Below, piece by piece: positions 54,348-64,000 of a stretch of DNA of 64,000 nucleotides. Positions within the stretch are counted from its first letter, which is position 1. Each line of letters starts with the position of its first letter. The stretch is from Octopus sinensis (lineage: Eukaryota). The translations under genes and the position numbers were made by a program. Below the pieces are notes generated by a model. The model worked only from the letters and a program-made list of their open reading frames with translations, was not told the DNA's origin and made no database searches. The stretch lies in the NCBI RefSeq assembly GCF_006345805.1, contig NC_042998.1, positions 38,254,001 through 38,318,000 on the forward strand. Direction: 5' to 3'.

Positions 54348-54539
54348 CTATGTATTTATGTACCATCTGTGTATATTCCACTGATGAGGTAAAGCATTTC
54401 TTATGCAGAGCCAGAAATTCGGGATCTGGAATTATCCAGTATTTTTTTTTTTTGCTAGATTATTTTGTCTTTTGTCTTCTCTCCTGGTGCTGCATGAATA
54501 TTTAATAGTGTGTGTGTGTGTGTGTGTGTGTGTCTGTGT

Positions 54540-54587
<48 letters not shown>

Positions 54588-55324
54588 GTGCGTGTGTGTG
54601 TGTGTGTGTGTGCGTGTGTGTCTGAAAAAGGTTTGAAAATGCAATTTTAAACATGTTTATTCACTTGATCGGCTACACATTTTTAGAAAAAGATTGTCAA
54701 AAGTAAAATGCAAAGCTTTGTATAAAGCTTTGTTGTGTTAAGTCCTGGTTATCACAAAAGTATTAAAATACATATATACATTCTTTGATAATAATAAGAA
54801 AATGTTATAAACAGTTTACAAGAAAGTATTTAAGAAAATATTCAACAAAAGTAATAGGAGTTCAATAAAAATCATGTTTGTTTGGTAGTATATATACATA
54901 TATATACACGCAGGAGATATATTTAAGTGTTCACAAAGAGTTTGAGAGGAACCAACCTGTCTTCCTGGCATTTTTTGTTTTGTCAAAAAATTGTCAATTA
55001 GATAAATTAACCTTCTCTTAATAAATAAATTTATATTCATTCAAAACCAGTTGTTTTCCCACTGACTGTTGGTAACAGCTATCTGCGCACATTCTTTTAG
55101 AATAAATCGGATCTGCGCAGACGCCAACAAATGGCGGCCATTTTTTCTGATTGGGCAACATTTTCATCGTCGCAAAATGTAATAAAATGATAATTGTGTC
55201 AGAACAACCATTTATTTAATTCAACATTAAAGGTTTAACAAAAGTTATTCATAAAGGACTTAATGGTAAACATAATAATACGTCGGAATGAAAATAATCA
55301 TGTGATTATGATGTCATACAGCTC

Positions 55325-56311
55325 CTAATGTTTGATGTATGGTCCTCCACAAGCAATAACCTTCCTTAGACGCTGATCTATTGAATTCTTCAAGGTGATG
55401 ATATCCTCTTGTATCATGCTTTGAGCAGCATCTACAGTAGCATCCCAGGGGACAACTTTACTTGAAAACTGCCGTTTATTTTGATAAAAGAGTCTCTTCA
55501 GGACACTCCACAGGTCCTCGATCGGGTTTAAGTCCGGGGAACAAGGCAGCCACTCAATCAAACGACCTCCAGAGAAGCCTATTTGCTGCGGGTATTCCTG
55601 AGAATTCTTCGCTGTATAAGACGGGGCATTATTTTGCACGAAGACCAGCTTTCTCTTGAATGAAAGTTTTTTTTCTTTTTGAACCACGGTTGGAAATTGT
55701 CCTTTAAGAAAGTAGCATATGTTTTTGATGTCATCTTAATGCCATCTGGAACTTTCCATGGCCCGACCATCATGCCACCAACGATGCCAGTCCAAAATAT
55801 AACACCACCTCTCTCTGTTGATGTTTCAAACGATGAGGATGGTTTCCACTGATTGATACCTAAACTTTATTCCAGCTATCTGGTTCATCAAGGTTCGTCG
55901 GTGAACAGACCTGTTGAAAAACCTATCTTCATGTATTCTTCTGTCCATTTCAGTCCCTTCAGAGGGAGCCTTGTAAAAGGTTTAACGTTCTTGGTTACCT
56001 GCTTCAAGCGGTGACACCTGGTAGTTTTCGTTAAGTCTTCCCTGCCACAACGTTTGAAAACTTATCTACTTGTCAAACATGAGTTCTGCACAGCTGCTCT
56101 TTTCACGCGTGACAAAATACGATTCGAAGGAACCTTCGACTTGCCCATATCTCCCTTCGACCGGACCGAACTAGGAGACTGCGCAAATTTCTTCACTGCT
56201 CGGTGATTTCTTCCCAGTATTTTTTATATTTCTATGGTTGTTTTTCCTTTTCCACGTTCTGACACGATGGCAAACTTCTCATTCGAGATAAGGTCACATC
56301 TCTGACTTATA
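55325..56311 (-). pseudogene. DD37E transposase pseudogene
   Basis: Split over ORFs 55579-55773 and 55325-55687 plus upstream stop-containing frames. The start codon has decayed to ATA and the second catalytic D reads N. Confidence 0.8.
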
Positions 56312-56354
56312 ATAATACTCAGATTGAGCACCTGCCTAGTAATTTGGGACTGCA

Positions 56355-56558
56355 AGGCGGCGAACTGGCAGAAACGTTAGCACGGTGGGCGAAATGCTTA
56401 GCGGTATTTTGTCAGTCTTTACGTTCTGAGTTCAAATTTGACTTTGCCTTTCATCCTTTCGGGATCGATAAATTAAGTATCAATTGCGTACTGGTTCGAT
56501 CTAATCGACTGCCCCACTCTCCAAAAATTTCGGGCCTTATGCCTAGAGTAGAAAAGAA
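56355..56558 (+). mobile_element. SINE family b nested in the DD37E element
   Basis: ggcggcgaactggcagaaacgttagcac head. TSD taatttgggactgca (56340-56354) versus taatttaggacagca (56559-56573). Confidence 0.85.
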
Positions 56559-56764
56559 TAATTTAGGACAGCAGAAATGTTGCTATTACACTATAATGGC
56601 CGCCGTTTGTTTTCTTCTGCGCAGATCGGATTTATTTTAACAGAATGTGCGCAGTTAAGTGTTGCAAACACTCAGTGGGAAAACGACTAGTTTTGAACAA
56701 ATATACATTTATTTATTGAGATAAAGTTGATTAGCCTAATAATGTGGGACGCAGTGTATATAAC

Positions 56765-56879
<115 letters not shown>

Positions 56880-56880
56880 G

Positions 56881-56942
<62 letters not shown>

Positions 56943-56983
56943 ATATAAATATACAAACCCATCTGCATGCACACATACATGTG

Positions 56984-57042
<59 letters not shown>

Positions 57043-57323
57043 ATGTAGAGGCATTGATTTGTTGGTACGATTCAGACTGGGGTTAGCTCATCATTTTTCG
57101 GTCATTTGTTCGTATTTAAAAATTGTCGCTTTACATCGGAGTATATATTATTATGGTACATTATTATACAGTTTACATATATGTATATATATATGTGTAT
57201 GTGCGTGTGTGTGTGTATGTATATACAAGAGATGAAGCGGCCAGATATATGCGTATATACTGCACATATATGGTTGTTTGTGTATATATATTTGTATACG
57301 TCGTTTATCAATGTATTTCTGTG

Positions 57324-57385
<62 letters not shown>

Positions 57386-57939
57386 CGGAATGGTCATATT
57401 GCCAGTTTAGCCAATAAAAACACACGCACTATTTTAACAGAATGTGCGCAGTTAAGTGTTGCAAACACTCAGTGGGAAAACGACTAGTTTTGAACAAATA
57501 TACATTTGCACAACAAATATTTAAACGTATATATATATATATATATATATATATACCAACAAAATGCTTCCGTTCTGAATCGAATACATCCAGACGGAGA
57601 AACGAAAATAGTTGATATAAGAGGGAGGAGATGGATGAGAAAAAGAATTAGGAAGAGGCAGAAATATATCATAATAAGATTATAATATAGATTGAAGATC
57701 AATAACTACACTTCAGTATAAAGTATGATTTCATTTTTCGTTACTTCAGCTCGACCGATGACTGCTCTCTGATGTCATTTTACAGTTTTCCACTGTTTGC
57801 TAGATTTTTGCCAATATTCTATTGATATTTTCCTCATTTCATGCTCATTGTCCGATTTTTGTTGCTTTTCTGTATTTTCCCTAGTTTTTTTTTTTTTCCA
57901 GTTGTTATCTGTTTGCAAACATATATGTATACATATATG

Positions 57940-59110
<1,171 letters not shown>

Positions 59111-59465
59111 TTACATCCAAAGGTATGAGAAATAGCCATCAACACTAATTTAATAATACTTCCAAGTATAATTGCTTAACCGCTTTAGTGGGATCAGACG
59201 GGACGATGATAATGCACATCTATTTGTACACGCAAGTTACACTAGAAATGTATAATTTTTCTTGCTTCAGTGATCGGTCTACGGCCACGCTGGAGCACCG
59301 TCTGAAGTGTTTAACCGATTAAATCGGTATTTATTCTATCAGACTCTTTTTTTGTCGAGTGACTTTTGTAACAAGAACATAAATAAACACAAACTGTCAG
59401 GCGGTGAGAGGCATAAAAACATGAAGGCACCGTTATATGTGCATTTGTGTGTGTGTGTGTGTGTT

Positions 59466-59521
<56 letters not shown>

Positions 59522-59784
59522 ATGTGTGTGTGTGAGTGTGTGTGTGTGTGTAGTGTAGTGTAATGGTTATTTTATTGTTGTCCTTTTTTTGCAAAGTGCT
59601 GCTGTCATCTTGCCACAAGTCATATCCATATTTTTATCCCTATGTTGTGAGATTTAGAGCTTTACTTCACTGTTCATTCTGCTGTTCATGGGATCGTCCA
59701 TTGTAGACTTGGGCATTTCTATTTACGCTCAGCTTTCTGTCACTATATGGACAGGTAAAAGAGCTTTTGTTTCATATACCATAA

Positions 59785-59980
59785 GGGTTGAGCTCGGTCT
59801 GATTGTTAATTTTAACGGGTTGCGACTGGTGTACTTGTTAATTTTAACGGATTGCGCTCGATGTATTTGTTAATTTTATCGGGTTGGCCTCGATCTATTT
59901 GTTAATTTTAAATGGTTGGGCTCGGTCTCTTTGTTGAATTTAGAGGGTTGGGTTCAGTCTATTTACTATTTTTAAATGGT
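59785..59980 (+). repeat. Degenerate ~32-bp minisatellite, ~6 units
   Basis: Recurring ggttg.gctcg.t.tatttgttaattttaa. Confidence 0.75.
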
Positions 59981-60493
59981 CTAATTTTTTTAAAAGGACT
60001 CTTAATTTTAGAGATATTTGACTGGTTAATGTTACCTGCTAGGTTGGATGTTGTTGAGAATGAGAACTTCATTGATTAAAAATATTATAGTGTTAAAAAT
60101 ATTATAGTGTTTATGGTTTGGAGGAAGATTCCGTTTACTTTATTGAAGAAGACCTGAAGTATGACAGTTTTAACGTTTATGGATTAGGGAGTGTTAAACC
60201 AGGTTACGTTCCCTTTTGTGGCTTTCTCTGAGTTTTGTACCTGAGGTTTCTTCTTTGGCAAACTCTTTCATAATTTTTTCTCGTTCATTTGCGTGCCTTC
60301 CTCCTACTCACTTCGCTTAACACTGCTTTTCACCCTTCCTGCTCTGCGTAACCACTATAGTTCACTGCCGAAATGCTTAGTTACAAGAGCATTCCCAAAC
60401 GCCAATTGTCTGGCGCTGAGAGGCATAAAAACACGAAGACGCGCATATACATGTATTTGTGTGTGTGTGCATGCATGTGTGTGTGTGTGTGCG

Positions 60494-60531
<38 letters not shown>

Positions 60532-60932
60532 GGCTATTTCATCGCTGTATCTATTTGTCAAAGTGCTAGTGTCATCTTACCACAAGTTAGAACTAGTTAA
60601 ATCCATGCTTTTATCTCTGTGTCTATTTTACGTCCGCATTTTAAGAAATACATTTTCTCCGGATCTTAAAACAAGTCACCGGATACATCGTAAACCATTA
60701 ATATCTTGTTTACATCTTTTTCACATTTGTTTATTGTAACGTGGGTTAACTCCTGGGTATTTTTTGTTTCTTTTTGTTTTCTTCCATGTGAGTGTCCCTT
60801 GTTGAAAAGTCATCTGCTTAAAATACTCTGTCAAATGGTCAATGTCCAGGAGGGATTTCACGCCGTCCACAGTCTGTAACTTCGTCGACCTTCATAATCA
60901 CAATTCAAGCTTCTTTTGCCTTTCAATTATTT

Positions 60933-61082
60933 TGGAGTGGCTTCCCAGTCACATGGTTCGGGTTCAGTCTCGGGGCGTGGCACCTTGGTCAAGTTTCTTA
61001 TTCTATATTCCCGGTCAACCAAAGTTATGCGAGTGGATTTGGTAGACGGAAACTGAAAGAAGCCCGTCATGTGTGTGTGTGT

Positions 61083-61167
<85 letters not shown>

Positions 61168-61365
61168 GTGCAGCACCGCCTGGCAGTTGTTGTTGGTGTG
61201 TTTACATCTCCGTAACTTATCGGTTCGGGAAAACAGATTGATAGAATAGGTCCTAGGGTAGAAAAGAAGAGAGAACTGGGGTCCACTCATCTGACAAAAA
61301 ATTCTTGAAGGCGGTGCCCCAGAATGGCTGTAGTCCGATGACTGGAACGAATAAAGGATAAAAGG
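60933..61365 (+). mobile_element. SINE family a, diverged, with expanded (TG)n
   Basis: gagtggatttggtagacggaaactgaaagaagcccgtc and tail ggcggtgccccagaatggc match family a. Confidence 0.7.
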
Positions 61366-61418
61366 GATGTGTATGCGAGCGTATGTGTGTGTGCGGGCGC
61401 GTGTATGTGTCCGCGCGC

Positions 61419-61449
<31 letters not shown>

Positions 61450-61454
61450 TGTGT

Positions 61455-61512
<58 letters not shown>

Positions 61513-61860
61513 GTGTGTGTGCGTGTGTGTGTGTGTGCGCGTGTTCAGAAACTTATGTATATTGCATGAGATTTTTCATTCGGTAAAACGGAAACTTGTT
61601 GAAACGGGGGAAGTGAAACACGTTTGTAACCGTCGTGCTGAAGACATACTAAAATATTGAACAGTCTTTAAATATATCTGGAAGAATGGATTTCCAGAGC
61701 GATTCCCGTTCTCTGTTTGTTTATGGCTGAGAAACATTTACAATTCCGATGCATTTCTTTGAAGATGCAACACGATTTAAATATCATTCGCAGACCACGC
61801 CAAGGAATTGTATTCGGAAGATTTCTATGCTCCATCTTTCTTTCTTACCTTTTCCCTCAC

Positions 61861-61908
<48 letters not shown>

Positions 61909-61962
61909 TGAATATATATACATACACACATACATACATACATACATACATACATACATACA

Positions 61963-61995
<33 letters not shown>

Positions 61996-62004
61996 GCATA
62001 CATG

Positions 62005-62046
<42 letters not shown>

Positions 62047-62130
62047 CATATATATATATGTATGTATACATACACGAGCGCGCGCGTATGTATATGTGCT
62101 CTGTCTCTCACTCTCACTCTTACCCTCTAA

Positions 62131-62170
<40 letters not shown>

Positions 62171-62190
62171 AATACACACACACGTATGTA

Positions 62191-62242
<52 letters not shown>

Positions 62243-62596
62243 TCTCTCTCCCCTCTCCCCCCACCCCCCTGCCCAACACCCACTGCAATCAAAACACATA
62301 TCGCATTCGAATCTTCGTCTCAATTTACCACCTTGCAGTCAACACAGCTGTCAATTAGCTTGTAAAAATATAAGTTAAGTCGTTAATTCGTTAGCTGCAG
62401 CACGTATTTCACGAACAATGATTTCCTATAAAACTATCGATTGTTATGCATATTCAGGAATGCAACATTTCTTTCTTTTATTCTTTTGATCTCATTCAAA
62501 CAGATAAGATATATTATGCAAACTTTTTTTTTATCCTGTTATAAGCTCAAAATTAAGTTACCATGAAATTGCAAATATATATGTATATATGTATAC

Positions 62597-62647
<51 letters not shown>

Positions 62648-62650
62648 ATA

Positions 62651-62744
<94 letters not shown>

Positions 62745-62751
62745 CATATAA

Positions 62752-62840
<89 letters not shown>

Positions 62841-63101
62841 TAAGCATGCAGACATGCATACACACATGCTGCAATAAAACTAATGCCTATATTCGGTTTT
62901 ATATAATTGAAGTAGCCTCGACTTGCATAGTAATCAATCTGCCAACAAGAAAGCGACCGGCATGACAGTATAATTTATCATATACGAAACAAAGCATTCA
63001 TGAAAAATATATAACAACGGTATTTACGTAAAGTACCTAAGTTATATTGTGTAGTTTCCTGTATAAATACGTAGATCTGTGTGGTGTGTGAATGTAAATA
63101 T

Positions 63102-63141
<40 letters not shown>

Positions 63142-63527
63142 CAAACAGACAGACAGACAGACAGGCACAAACAAGCAGATCGACAGAGCGAATGGTTTAT
63201 TGTGGTGATTGTAGTAGCGCATACGTAAGAAAGAACTGCATTTATTACAGTGTTAGAATTTCTTTTTCGTATTCCTACAACATGGGAACGGTGTTTCAAC
63301 AAAGTGTATAACAATAAACTTCATCAAACAAGTGTTATTGAAAGGGAATGGTTGGAAATATTCTGGAAAATATTCTGGACAAGGAGGGAACGAGGAAAGA
63401 AAGTTTGCTCCGTTTTATTTAACTGTTTCCATATCCTTCAATTTTCCCTATCTGTCCATTCTATTTCTTTCTTTCTTTCTCCTCTCACTTTTCTCTCTCA
63501 TTCTCACTCTCTCTTTCTTTCTTTCTT

Positions 63528-63561
<34 letters not shown>

Positions 63562-63769
63562 TTCCCCCTCTTTCTCGTCACTCAACTTTCCCTCTTTACT
63601 TCCTACTTCACGTCTGTCTCATTCTTTCTACGCCTTCTTTCTCTCTGCCTAGTCTAAATCTGTCATATCTAATAAGTAACTATATATACATATATATATA
63701 AGTGGGGATGGCGTATCTATGCATGTATCTAAGTATGTATTGCGTCTGTGTGTGTGCGTGTGTGTATAT

Positions 63770-64000
63770 CATTGTTCAGTTTTATTTCAAGACTTCTTGC
63801 CAATAAAGAAGGAGCCAGTTTCTAACCTAGATTCAAGGCTCCTTCATTGGAATTTCAACATCAGCAACAGGGTATTTTTGTTTGTATGTATGTATATGTG
63901 CAGATTTGTATGTTTTGTTTTATGTATGTATTCTCATGCACATAGCTGCACATCTAGACACGCTTCATATATATTTTAATGATAAACTTCTGGAAAGTTT
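63770..64000 (+). repeat. Unclassified interspersed repeat, copy 2 (runs off the window)
   Basis: High similarity to 25335-25600. Confidence 0.75.

Larger units (their letters stand above)
54993..56758 (-). mobile_element. Decayed Tc1-family DNA transposon, DD37E (TRT-like), long imperfect TIRs
   Basis: Inverted similarity between ~54993-55143 and ~56594-56756, with the right end reading CAGTG|TA. Minus-strand transposase pieces: (M)SQRCDL..., GPWKVPDGIKMTS.., Q(D>N)NAPSY...WLPCSPDLNPIEDLW. There are 37 residues between the second D position and E. Confidence 0.85.

Noticed and set aside
51951-54392. Plus-strand ORFs 51951-52325, 52526-52717, 53505-53747 and 53841-54392
   Set aside because: Antisense shadows of the PLE ORF with no recognisable motifs; the longest runs into (TA)n.

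Overview
AT-rich, microsatellite-saturated eukaryotic non-coding DNA. The SINE and repeat types resemble those of octopus/coleoid cephalopods; this is an inference from repeat content and was not verified. I can support no host protein-coding exon, rRNA or CRISPR array, and most of the supplied ORF track is translated microsatellite. The window is a collection of mobile elements. (1) A near-full-length, uninterrupted Penelope-like element (PLE) of the Naiad type lies at 50852-54227 (-). It has RT plus a C-terminal GIY-YIG endonuclease, sits in a (TA)n tract, and carries a minimal type I hammerhead ribozyme at its 3' end. It has two unusually long linker insertions, one replacing the usual Cys-rich motif. 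(2) Two diverged Tx1/L1-clade LINE 3' fragments are each bounded on both sides by (GATA)n, suggesting a GATA-microsatellite-specific family. (3) There is a 5'-truncated RTE-group LINE with an open RT frame and a candidate TSD, plus older RTE and R4/Dong-like fragments. (4) DNA transposons include a decayed DD37E (TRT-like) Tc1 element with a nested SINE, a maT-like fragment, two copies of a mariner derivative built from two left ends, and MITEs. (5) The rest comprises many tRNA-derived SINEs, a tRNA-Leu(AAG) pseudogene, several further hammerhead-like motifs with a shared non-canonical stem II closure, and fold-back inversions next to microsatellites. All family assignments come from motif recognition by eye; no database search was run.
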